From NCBI GenBank assembly GCA_050015075.1, contig JBEKCB010000010.1, positions 65,096 to 129,095 on the forward strand: a stretch of DNA of 64,000 nucleotides, given 5' to 3'. This stretch comes from Candidatus Brocadiia bacterium. GTDB taxonomy: Bacteria; Planctomycetota; Brocadiia; CAIUPP01. Under the pieces are notes generated by a model. It had not been told where the DNA came from and ran no database searches. It worked only from the letters and a program-made list of their open reading frames with translations. Made by a program: the position numbers and the translations under genes. Below, piece by piece: positions 1 through 7,934 of this stretch. Every line of letters begins with the position of its first letter. Position 1 is the stretch's first letter.

Positions 1-2
1 CT

Positions 3-413
3 GCAGTCTGGAACGCGATTATTCACGGGGCAACAGCTATCGGCTATCGAATGCAACCGCGCGACAAGTCCTCGCAAGCGGACGGTGAAATGACGGCGGC
101 GTTGAAGCAACTCAACCGGCAGATCGCGCAACTGGCGCCGGCCATTCTCAGCGACCCTGCGCGTGTCAAGGCTGTGATGGCGATGAACAGCGGACAGGAG
201 TGCGGCTGCAAGGCGACCGAGTCCGACGGTTCGATGGTCATCTTCGCGCAGAACCTCGGCTCGGAGGGCAAAGCCGTCATTCGTGTGGATGGACTTCGAG
301 CCGGAACGAACATTGAGGCGGTCGGCGAAGGGCGCACCATCGCCTCGAGCCAAGGCGAGTTCAACGACGATTTCGCGCCGCTGTCTGAGCACGTCTACAG
401 ACTAAAACTCTAG
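3..413 (+). CDS. 5'-truncated CDS; C-terminal part of a probable carbohydrate-active protein
   Basis: Frame is open from the window edge (AVWNAIIHGATAIGYR-MQPRD...). It resembles the IIHGAxGIxY segment and beta-sandwich tail of GH-A-clan-like proteins. TAG at 411-413. Confidence 0.55.
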   Translation, partial: AVWNAIIHGATAIGYRMQPRDKSSQADGEMTAALKQLNRQIAQLAPAILSDPARVKAVMAMNSGQECGCKATESDGSMVIFAQNLGSEGKAVIRVDGLRAGTNIEAVGEGRTIASSQGEFNDDFAPLSEHVYRLKL

Positions 414-515
414 CCTTCTAAGAAGGCGAGGGAGAGTGAAGTCGCCGGCTTTACGGTTCTGATCGTGAAGGGGCAGTCCGTATGCCGTACGCGCTCGAAG
501 TAATGCCCTCCGGCC

Positions 516-1940
516 TCATTCCGGCGCAACATAGTTTTTCGGCCCACCGTAGCGCATGAACCGGCTGTGGACGATCAACAGCAAGATCGCGGCGAACACT
601 GCAATGCCGGAACCCATGAGGAAGGTGTAGCGGTACTGATGGCCGCTCCAATCCAGGATGCCGCCGATGGACGGGCTCATCACCATACCGATGGCCGCGC
701 CGACCAGGCCCGCGGCCGAGTTGAACTGCGCGAACGTCGAACGCGGCAACAGCCGTTGCGCCAGCGAGGCGGACGTGGTGTAGTAGACGCCGGAAAGAAC
801 GCAATGCACCACCCAGCCGACGGCGAACCGCGCCGGCGCGGTCACGTAGAAGAGTCCCGCCATCATCGCGATGGCATAGAGCAGCAGCGCGATAATGCTC
901 ACCCGCAGCGCATGGAACCGATCCACCAGCACGCCGAGGAAATACGCCAGGCACAGCGAGATCACGTACGACAGGGCACTGTACTTCCCGTACTTTTCCA
1001 TGTTGACGCCCATGCTGTTGGCGAACGGCACGCTGAACAGGTTGATGGGCCAGAAACTTATCCCGCCGAAGGTCAACCCCAGGAACACCCAGAGGTAGTA
1101 CGGCTTGCTGAAACATTCCTGGAAATAGACCTTCGTGATTGCGAAGACGCTCTTGCGTTCGCCCGGCTTGACGTCCGGCGGCGGCGCATACTGGCCCTCT
1201 TTGACCATCAGGCACATCATCATTACGCCCACGCCGTACAGGATCGCGATGCCCCCGAACAGCCATTGGCTGTGCTCTTCGGCCTGCCCGATCAGCCAGT
1301 AGTTGAAAAGAATCCCCGCGAGCAGGCTCAATACCCGGAAGAGCCCGTAGAAACGGCCGAGCAACGAGCTGGGAACCACGTCATTGATCAACGCGCCGAA
1401 GACTGAACCGGCTATGATCGCGGCAAACTCGAAACACGTCCAGAAGACTCCGAAAACGATGAGGGTGAGGTTCACTCCGGTCAGCCACTGGCTGCCCAGG
1501 ATGCCGCGAACCAGGTCGGCGATGGGCTGGCTGAATGCCAGTCCCGCCATGGCCAGCGCCGCGACCGGCGTGGCGACGAGGATGTAGGGAATCCGTCTGC
1601 CCCAGCGTCCGCGATGGCGGTCGGAACGATAGCTGATGATCGGTCCCAGAATGGCGCTGATGCCCAGCGGCAGAGAACTGAGCAGCAGGCCCATGACCGT
1701 ATCCGAGGCGCCGTACTTCTTCACCAGCATTTGCACAACGGGGGCCACAGCCCGATCGCGCATGGACCAGGCGAAATCACCCCAGAGGAGCCAGGAGAAC
1801 AGGATCACGAGACCGCCGAAGGTGTAGGCGAGCGTGCCGACGCGCCAGAGTTTCCGCTGCGGCGCAGGAATTGCGTCCGCCGGCACGCTCCGCGCGCCGC
1901 GAGTCGCGTCCGCTTGGCCGCTTGACTCGTCGCCCATCAC
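516..1940 (-). CDS. MFS transporter (GPH/sugar-type)
   Basis: About 12 hydrophobic segments; SDRHRGRWGRRIPY loop motif typical of GPH-family MFS. Confidence 0.85.
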   Translation of the reverse strand: MMGDESSGQADATRGARSVPADAIPAPQRKLWRVGTLAYTFGGLVILFSWLLWGDFAWSMRDRAVAPVVQMLVKKYGASDTVMGLLLSSLPLGISAILGPIISYRSDRHRGRWGRRIPYILVATPVAALAMAGLAFSQPIADLVRGILGSQWLTGVNLTLIVFGVFWTCFEFAAIIAGSVFGALINDVVPSSLLGRFYGLFRVLSLLAGILFNYWLIGQAEEHSQWLFGGIAILYGVGVMMMCLMVKEGQYAPPPDVKPGERKSVFAITKVYFQECFSKPYYLWVFLGLTFGGISFWPINLFSVPFANSMGVNMEKYGKYSALSYVISLCLAYFLGVLVDRFHALRVSIIALLLYAIAMMAGLFYVTAPARFAVGWVVHCVLSGVYYTTSASLAQRLLPRSTFAQFNSAAGLVGAAIGMVMSPSIGGILDWSGHQYRYTFLMGSGIAVFAAILLLIVHSRFMRYGGPKNYVAPE

Positions 1941-2149
1941 CCGACCTCAGTTGATTTGCACTCTTTCACCCCGTGGCCAAGCGTCCTTCAAAGAAAACCG
2001 GGTTTTGGAGCATGAGAATAAAGAGCCGAATTGCCGCTGTCAAACGATTCTTCGGGGATATGCCGGTCTTGAACAGGGTTCCGAGGCGCTGGCGGTGGCT
2101 GAAATGGGGCAGAAAGGGAGACGCCCGCGCCCGCTCCGGCAGCTTGAGC

Positions 2150-2176
2150 TAAAGAACGCGTGATTTCTTGCGATAA
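2150..2176 (+). promoter_or_regulatory. Candidate sigma-28 (FliA-type) promoter
   Basis: TAAA-N15-TGCGATAA compared with consensus TAAA-N15-GCCGATAA, upstream of the EAL/HDOD gene. Confidence 0.35.
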
Positions 2177-2224
2177 TCCTTATGGAGATCCTCGGAATGC
2201 CGCAGATGCTTTAGGTCGGACGCC

Positions 2225-3511
2225 ATGAGCAGTCTTGCCGAAATAACTACGCTGGGAGGCGCCGGCGCCGCCGGCGACTCCCTGTCCAAAATCTTCATCG
2301 CCCGGCAACCCATTCTGGATATGCAGCAGAAGGTCTACGGCTACGAACTCCTCTTTCGCTCCGGGCTCGAGAATGCCTTCAGAAGCGCGGAACCTAACCA
2401 GGCCAGCGCCAAGGTCATGACCGATGGCACCCTGATCCTCAGCATGGAGGCCATCAGCGACGGCAAGCTCGCCTTCATCAACATCACGCGCGACATCCTG
2501 CTCAACGACTACATCAGTCTTCTGCCCAGGGGCCTGACCGCGGCGGAGATCCCGGAGACCATCGAACCGGGCCCGGAGATCATCAGCGCCTGCAGCAGAC
2601 TTAAGGAAGCCGGCTACATACTCGTCCTGGACGACTTCGTCTACGGAGAGCAGTATGCCGACCTTATGAGCCTGGCGGACATCGTCAAGGTGGATTTCCT
2701 GTCCACTTCGGCGGAGGAGCGCCGGCAGGTTCTGTCACGCTTCAAAGCCCCCAAAGTCCGTTTCCTGGCCGAGAAAGTCGAGACGCACGAAGTCTTCCAG
2801 CAGGCGGTCAGCCTGGGATACACTTATTTTCAAGGGGACTTCTTCAGCAAGCCCGTGATCATCTCGTCGCGAGACGTGCCGGGCTTCAAGCTCAATTACC
2901 TGCATATGCTTCAGGAGCTTCAGTGGCCCGATGTCAACTTCCCCCGTCTGGAGGGGATTGTCAAGCGCGACATGGCGCTCTCTTTCAAGCTGCTGCGATA
3001 CATCAATTCCGCTTATTTCGGCCTGAGCAACAAGGTCAGTTCCATCATGCATGCCATACGGCTGCTGGGGCCGCGGCAGTTCAAGCAATGGGCTTCGCTC
3101 CTCGTCATGGCCAGCATGGGCAGCGACAAGCCCGACGAGCTCGTCGTCCGGGCGCTCATCCGCGGGAGGTTCTGCGAGTCCCTCGCCCCGATCCTCGGCA
3201 TGAAGCAGCAGTCGCAGGAACTCTTCCTGCTGGGAATGTTCTCCGCGATTGACGCGATCCTGGGCCGCCCGCTGGAAGAGATCCTCAAGGACCTTCCGCT
3301 GTCCGATGACATCAAGGACGCGCTCTGTGGAAAGCCCAACCGCCTGCGCGCCGTCTTTGATTACGCTTTGGCTTACGAAAAAGGGGACTGGGATGGTTTG
3401 AGCGCAAAGGCCGACGCCCTGGGGCTCGACGAGTCCGGAATCCCGGCGGTCTATCTGGCCGCCGTGCATTGGGCAAAGCGCAGCTTTGGGGAAGCCACTG
3501 CCGCCCGGTGA
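2225..3511 (+). CDS. EAL + HDOD domain c-di-GMP signalling protein (YuxH/PdeH-like)
   Basis: IARQPI, YELLFR, LDDF, AEKVET and YFQG motifs, followed by HDOD (LLRYINSA, LFLLGMFS). Confidence 0.9.
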   Translation: MSSLAEITTLGGAGAAGDSLSKIFIARQPILDMQQKVYGYELLFRSGLENAFRSAEPNQASAKVMTDGTLILSMEAISDGKLAFINITRDILLNDYISLLPRGLTAAEIPETIEPGPEIISACSRLKEAGYILVLDDFVYGEQYADLMSLADIVKVDFLSTSAEERRQVLSRFKAPKVRFLAEKVETHEVFQQAVSLGYTYFQGDFFSKPVIISSRDVPGFKLNYLHMLQELQWPDVNFPRLEGIVKRDMALSFKLLRYINSAYFGLSNKVSSIMHAIRLLGPRQFKQWASLLVMASMGSDKPDELVVRALIRGRFCESLAPILGMKQQSQELFLLGMFSAIDAILGRPLEEILKDLPLSDDIKDALCGKPNRLRAVFDYALAYEKGDWDGLSAKADALGLDESGIPAVYLAAVHWAKRSFGEATAAR

Positions 3512-3718
3512 GGCAGGCGCCTGCCGCTTGCTTATTGGAAATTCGGCCGATGATCGAGAAAAAGGATCTCCAGCGTCAGGCCCGGCGGCGCGGCATCCGG
3601 CGCTCCGGTGGAAACGCTTTTCAGGGCTATCCAGAGCTATTGACGCCGCCCGCCGAGGATGATACGGTCTCCGAGCAGGCTGGGGTCAACAGGGCTTAGC
3701 GGTAGAAAGTGCAACGCC

Positions 3719-3967
3719 ATGGCGGAGAAGCAGGGGGATAAACACAGTGCTGATGCGGCTGCCAGGCTGGAACCCTTCCTAAAGATTGTGGATTCACTGG
3801 AGAAAGAAAAGGAGGGCTTGCTGGAAAAGATAGGCGCAACGAGTCCTGACAATGCGATAGCGGCCCAGCGCATACGCGAGATTGACAGCAAGCTGATGAG
3901 CATTCAGGATGCGTTCACAGACAGCTTAGTGAAACGGATAGGTGTGGAGCGCGAGAGAAAAGGTTAA
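3719..3967 (+). CDS. Small helical/coiled-coil hypothetical protein
   Basis: 82-aa ORF MAEKQGDK..., charged and helical in composition. Confidence 0.55.
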   Translation: MAEKQGDKHSADAAARLEPFLKIVDSLEKEKEGLLEKIGATSPDNAIAAQRIREIDSKLMSIQDAFTDSLVKRIGVERERKG

Positions 3968-3973
3968 GTCCGA

Positions 3974-4693
3974 CTATCTGCCTGAGAAGGAACGGTAGTG
4001 GCGAACCAGTTCGGGGTACTTCGCCAAGGCTTCGCTCCCCTTGGACGTGACCGCGTACAGCCCTCGACCGACGCGACAAAACCAGCCGTAGACGTTTCTT
4101 GACAGGATGGAGAGCGTCTTGGGCCCGGTCCCGAGCGCGCGCAGTTGCCGAGGCTTCATCTCACCGCAGTCGGCGAGGTAACAGGCGATCTGGATCGCGT
4201 TCTCACGGTACGCCGTGACGAGCGGTCGCCGGGTGCTGCCGCCGAGGTTGAAGTCCCCTGAGCGCCGGCCGATTTCCTCGAGGACCGTTCGCCGCGCGCT
4301 GCGCCGCTTTCTTCGCTCGAAGGGCAACGGGTGGAAGACCACCTCCACCGGCGGCCTGCCCGGCTTGAGCGACACCAAGATCAGCCCCAGTTCCAGCCGC
4401 CGCAGCACGCGGAACACCCCGCGCATCTGCCACATCCACTTCGCGTGGTTCGGCGGGCGCGGCACGGCCAGATAGACGGAGTCGGTCATCTGCTGTCGCC
4501 GCACACCCTGGGCCAGGAGCGCCAAGTTCAGCGCCAGTTTCATCTCGATCACGATCAGGTCGTCGCCCTTCACTGCCGCGATGTCGCAGTGCTTCACCTC
4601 ACCACGGACAGTGTATCCCTGCGCCGTCAGGTACGCGTGCAACAACGGGTAGAGGTCCGTCTCCACCGGTTTCGTTTTGGCTCTGCGCGGCAT
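3974..4693 (-). CDS. DUF2161-like PD-(D/E)xK fold protein
   Basis: ETDLY...GEVKHCD...IEMK motif, NLGGS, TAYRE and NVYGWF segments. Confidence 0.8.
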   Translation of the reverse strand: MPRRAKTKPVETDLYPLLHAYLTAQGYTVRGEVKHCDIAAVKGDDLIVIEMKLALNLALLAQGVRRQQMTDSVYLAVPRPPNHAKWMWQMRGVFRVLRRLELGLILVSLKPGRPPVEVVFHPLPFERRKRRSARRTVLEEIGRRSGDFNLGGSTRRPLVTAYRENAIQIACYLADCGEMKPRQLRALGTGPKTLSILSRNVYGWFCRVGRGLYAVTSKGSEALAKYPELVRHYRSFSGR

Positions 4694-4729
4694 GGATCTC
4701 TCTCTGCAAGGGGCGAGAGTCCCTCTGGC

Positions 4730-4906
4730 CTATGACCGCTGTTTCGGAACGGCGCGTGCCGCTATGATGCCCAGCACTGCGCCTGCAATAGCCCCTGACC
4801 AGGGGCTGGCGATGCACGGTCAGCCCAGCCCCGCACACTTTCCGAAGTACCCGATGAGGCCGCCGGCAGCGGCTCCTATGACAGCCCCGACGATGTGTCT
4901 CAACAT
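4730..4906 (-). CDS. Putative selenoprotein; small two-TM membrane protein (DUF6132-like) with Sec at codon 29
   Basis: Manual translation MLRHIVGAVIGAAAGGLIGYFGKCAGLG-U-PCIASPWSGAIAGAVLGIIAARAVPKQRS*. AGGAG RBS upstream, in-frame TGA at 4820-4822, SECIS-like hairpin just downstream, TAG at 4730-4732. Confidence 0.8.
4790..4807 (-). promoter_or_regulatory. Bacterial SECIS-like hairpin
   Basis: mRNA AGCCCCU-GGUC-AGGGGCU: perfect 7-bp stem with a GGUC loop starting 19 nt after the UGA. A lower stem CC(G)UGCA/UGCAGG is possible. Confidence 0.75.
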
Positions 4907-5017
4907 GATGCGCGCTCCTGCAGCTCGGGCGGCTGGATTCGGGCTACGGCGCCTGCGCGGTCGCGCGCAGCATAACCTTGGCGCCGAGACCGGTCAAGCT
5001 CCGTCCGGGAATTTCGC

Positions 5018-5046
5018 TTGACTCCACCCCATGAGCGGACTAGACT
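5018..5046 (+). promoter_or_regulatory. Sigma-70 promoter for the Mo-hydroxylase genes
   Basis: TTGACT-N17-TAGACT. Confidence 0.65.
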
Positions 5047-5122
5047 TTTGGATGGGTCAACTACTGTTCCGGGTGTCGGCGCCTCCCAGTTGCGATGGGC
5101 TCTGTCAACAAGGTGGACCGAG

Positions 5123-5599
5123 ATGGAACCAATCTCTTTCACGCTCAATGGCAAGCCCGTAACCGTCACTACAGACGGCGAGAGGATGCTCCTGTGGGTT
5201 TTGCGGGGCGACCTGGGCCTCACCGGGACCAAGTACGGCTGCGGCGAGGGCTACTGCGGGGCGTGTACCGTCCTCGTGAACAAGACGGCCGTCCGCTCGT
5301 GCCAATACCCGCTGCGAAACGCCGCCGGGAAAGAGGTCGTCACGATTGAGGGTTTGGCCAAGGACGGGAAGCTGAACGCGCTCCAGGAAGCCTTCGTCGA
5401 ACAGGACGCCCTCCAGTGCGGCTACTGTACGCCGGGCATGATCCTCAATGCGTACAGCCTGCTGCTGAGCAACGCTCGGCCTTCCCGGGAACAGATTGTC
5501 GAGACCATGGAAGGAAATCTCTGTCGCTGCGGGGCGCATGTCCGCATCATCCAGGCGATCCAGTCCGCGAGTGAGAAGATGGGAGGAGTGGCCGGATGA
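5123..5599 (+). CDS. (2Fe-2S)-binding small subunit, CoxS/CutS/IorA family
   Basis: GTKYGCGEGYCGAC, QCGYCTPG and NLCRCG motifs; start placed at MEPISF. Confidence 0.93.
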   Translation: MEPISFTLNGKPVTVTTDGERMLLWVLRGDLGLTGTKYGCGEGYCGACTVLVNKTAVRSCQYPLRNAAGKEVVTIEGLAKDGKLNALQEAFVEQDALQCGYCTPGMILNAYSLLLSNARPSREQIVETMEGNLCRCGAHVRIIQAIQSASEKMGGVAG

Positions 5600-7767
5600 A
5601 CGAAGATGAAATCATGGAGTGCGATTTCCGCGACACGGTCACTCCGGGCCTAATCAGCCGCCGGGCCTTCCTGAAGGGGGTGGGCGGCGGGATCATCATC
5701 CTGATTTCCCTTGACATCCCCTCCGTCCTGGCGGCGGAAGCGGGCAGGAGGGAACAGGCGACCGATTTCAACGCGTACCTCAGGATTGGACCGGACGGCC
5801 GGGTCAGTTGCTTCTCGGGCAAGATTGAGATGGGGCAGGGAATCATCACCTCTCTGGCCCAGATGCTGGCCGATGAACTGGACGTGAGCGTGGAATCGGT
5901 GGACATGGTCATGGGAGACACGGCGCTCTGTCCATGGGATATGGGCACGTTCGGGTCCATGAGCACCCGTTTCTTCGGGCCGGCCCTCCGGGCGGCCGCG
6001 GCGGAAGCCAGGGTGGTCTTGATCGAACTGGCGGCCGAGCGTCTCGGCGTGCCGAAGGAGCGCTTGCAGACAAAGAACGGCGTGGTATTCGACAAGACGC
6101 AGGAGAGGACGCGGGTCACCTACGCGGAACTCGCCGGAGGCAAGCCGATCGCGCGGCACCTTACGGGGAAGGCCGTCCTGAAAGCCGCATCCGAGTTCAT
6201 GGTGATGGGCAAGCCCATGCTGCGAATGGACTCCCGGGTCAAGGTCACTGGAGAAGCCAAGTATGCGGCCGACATCCGCCTGCCCGGCATGCTGTACGCC
6301 AGGGTCCTCAGGCCCACCGCCCACGGCGCGAAGTTGACCAGCGTTGACACCGCTGCAGCCGAAGCCATGGAAGGCGTCCAGGTGGTCAAGGACGGCGACC
6401 TGATCGCCGTCCTTCACAAGGACTTCGATGCCGCAGGGAAGGCGCTGGGCGCGATCAAGGCCCAGTTCGACGTGCCCAAGGCCGAGGTGGACGATGTGAC
6501 CATCTTCGACCATCTTGTCAAAGGCGCGGGGGAGCCTAACGTTCTGGCCCAGGGGGGCGACATCGCGGAGGGGCAGAAGCTCGCCGAGGCCACGGTCGAG
6601 GCAACCTACCTGAACAGCTATGTCGCCCATGCCCCCATGGAGCCTCACAGCGCGGTGGCGCAGATCGAAGGGGACAAGGCGACAGTCTGGGCGTCCACTC
6701 AAACGCCCTTCCCGCTTCAGGGCCAGGTGGCCCAGGCCATCGGACTTTCGGCGGAGAACGTCCGCGTCATCACCCCGTTCCTGGGTGGAGGATTTGGAGG
6801 GAAGAGCCGCGGTCAGCAAGCCATTGAGGCGGCCAAGTTGGCGAAGCTGGTCGGGAAGCCCGTCCAAGTCGCCTGGACGCGCGCGGAGGAGTTCTTCTAC
6901 GACTCGTTCAGGCCGGCCGCCGTCGTCAAGATCAGGTCGGGGACGGCCGGGTCCGGGGCTATCGTGCTGTGGGACTACGGCGTCTATTTCGCCGGCGAGC
7001 GCGGCGCGCAACAGTTCTACAACATCCCGCACCATCGCACGGCGTCCTATTCGAAGTGGAGCGGTGAGGGCGGCGCCCATCCATTCGCCACCGGCCCCTG
7101 GCGCGCGCCGGCCAATAATACCAATACCTTCGCCAGGGAGTCGCAGATTGACGCCATGGCGGCCAAAGTGGGCATGGATCCCGTGGCGTTCCGATTGCAG
7201 AACCTGACCGACGAGAGGATGGTGAGAGTCCTCAAGGCGGCGGCCGAGGCGTTCGGCTGGACCCCGGCAAAAGCGCCCAGCGGCCGCGGCTTTGGCGTCG
7301 CTTGCGGCACCGACGCGGGCTCGTACGTGGCCTCCATGGCGGAGGTCCAGGTGGACAAGAAGACGGGGCACGTCCAGGTAAAGCGCGTGGTCTGCGTCCA
7401 AGACATGGGCTTGGTGATAAACCCCGAGGGCGCGAGATTGCAGATGGAAGGCGGTGTCACCATGGGCCTCGGTTATGCGCTGGCCGAGGAAATCCATTTC
7501 AAAGGGGGCCGGATCAAGGACCTGAATTTCGACACCTATGAACTGCCTCGTTTCCCCGGGGTGCCGCAGATCAAGACGGTGCTCGTGCCGGCGGACGACC
7601 TGCCTCCTCAGGGAGGCGGGGAACCGGCGATCATCTGCATGGGCGGCCTGGTCGCCAACGCCATCCACGATGCGACCGGCGTCAGGCTGTTCCAACTCCC
7701 TATGACGGAAGCGCGCCTCCTCAAGGCGCTGGCCGCGCGCACCGGCCAGCCTGCCTTTGTCGCCTGA
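5596..7767 (+). CDS. Xanthine dehydrogenase-family molybdopterin subunit, IorB-like, with Tat motif
   Basis: SRRAFLK Tat motif; EMGQG, HAPMEP, LGGGFGGK, QMEGG and GGGEP motifs; ATGA overlap with the small subunit. Confidence 0.92.
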   Translation: MNEDEIMECDFRDTVTPGLISRRAFLKGVGGGIIILISLDIPSVLAAEAGRREQATDFNAYLRIGPDGRVSCFSGKIEMGQGIITSLAQMLADELDVSVESVDMVMGDTALCPWDMGTFGSMSTRFFGPALRAAAAEARVVLIELAAERLGVPKERLQTKNGVVFDKTQERTRVTYAELAGGKPIARHLTGKAVLKAASEFMVMGKPMLRMDSRVKVTGEAKYAADIRLPGMLYARVLRPTAHGAKLTSVDTAAAEAMEGVQVVKDGDLIAVLHKDFDAAGKALGAIKAQFDVPKAEVDDVTIFDHLVKGAGEPNVLAQGGDIAEGQKLAEATVEATYLNSYVAHAPMEPHSAVAQIEGDKATVWASTQTPFPLQGQVAQAIGLSAENVRVITPFLGGGFGGKSRGQQAIEAAKLAKLVGKPVQVAWTRAEEFFYDSFRPAAVVKIRSGTAGSGAIVLWDYGVYFAGERGAQQFYNIPHHRTASYSKWSGEGGAHPFATGPWRAPANNTNTFARESQIDAMAAKVGMDPVAFRLQNLTDERMVRVLKAAAEAFGWTPAKAPSGRGFGVACGTDAGSYVASMAEVQVDKKTGHVQVKRVVCVQDMGLVINPEGARLQMEGGVTMGLGYALAEEIHFKGGRIKDLNFDTYELPRFPGVPQIKTVLVPADDLPPQGGGEPAIICMGGLVANAIHDATGVRLFQLPMTEARLLKALAARTGQPAFVA

Positions 7768-7789
7768 CCGGGGAATCCAAGCCCACGAC

Positions 7790-7876
7790 AGGCTGGCAGT
7801 ACTTCGCTGTTGTCCGCACATCGGAGTGACCGAGCACTTCGGCCGCCACCCGCTGGTTGTCATCGGCCTCAACGAT
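7790..7876 (-). pseudogene. Tyrosine recombinase C-terminal remnant
   Basis: Intergenic minus-strand translation IVEADDNQRVAAEVLGHSDVRTTAKYCQ matches the box II motif LGHxxxxTTxxY; no upstream HxxR motif. Confidence 0.6.
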
Positions 7877-7934
7877 AGGTCGTGCTTCCCCGGAACTCCT
7901 TCGACAGTCCCTCTGTCCCTGTTAGCTCGATGTC

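Noticed and set aside
4677-5021. 114-aa plus-strand ORF over the selenoprotein locus
   Set aside because: Low-complexity Ala/Pro/Met sequence with no motif; it is the antisense of the Sec ORF, which has an RBS and TM pattern.
5047-5122. Possible Moco riboswitch in the Mo-hydroxylase leader
   Set aside because: The leader is short and I could not see the conserved Moco RNA elements; an Infernal search would settle it.
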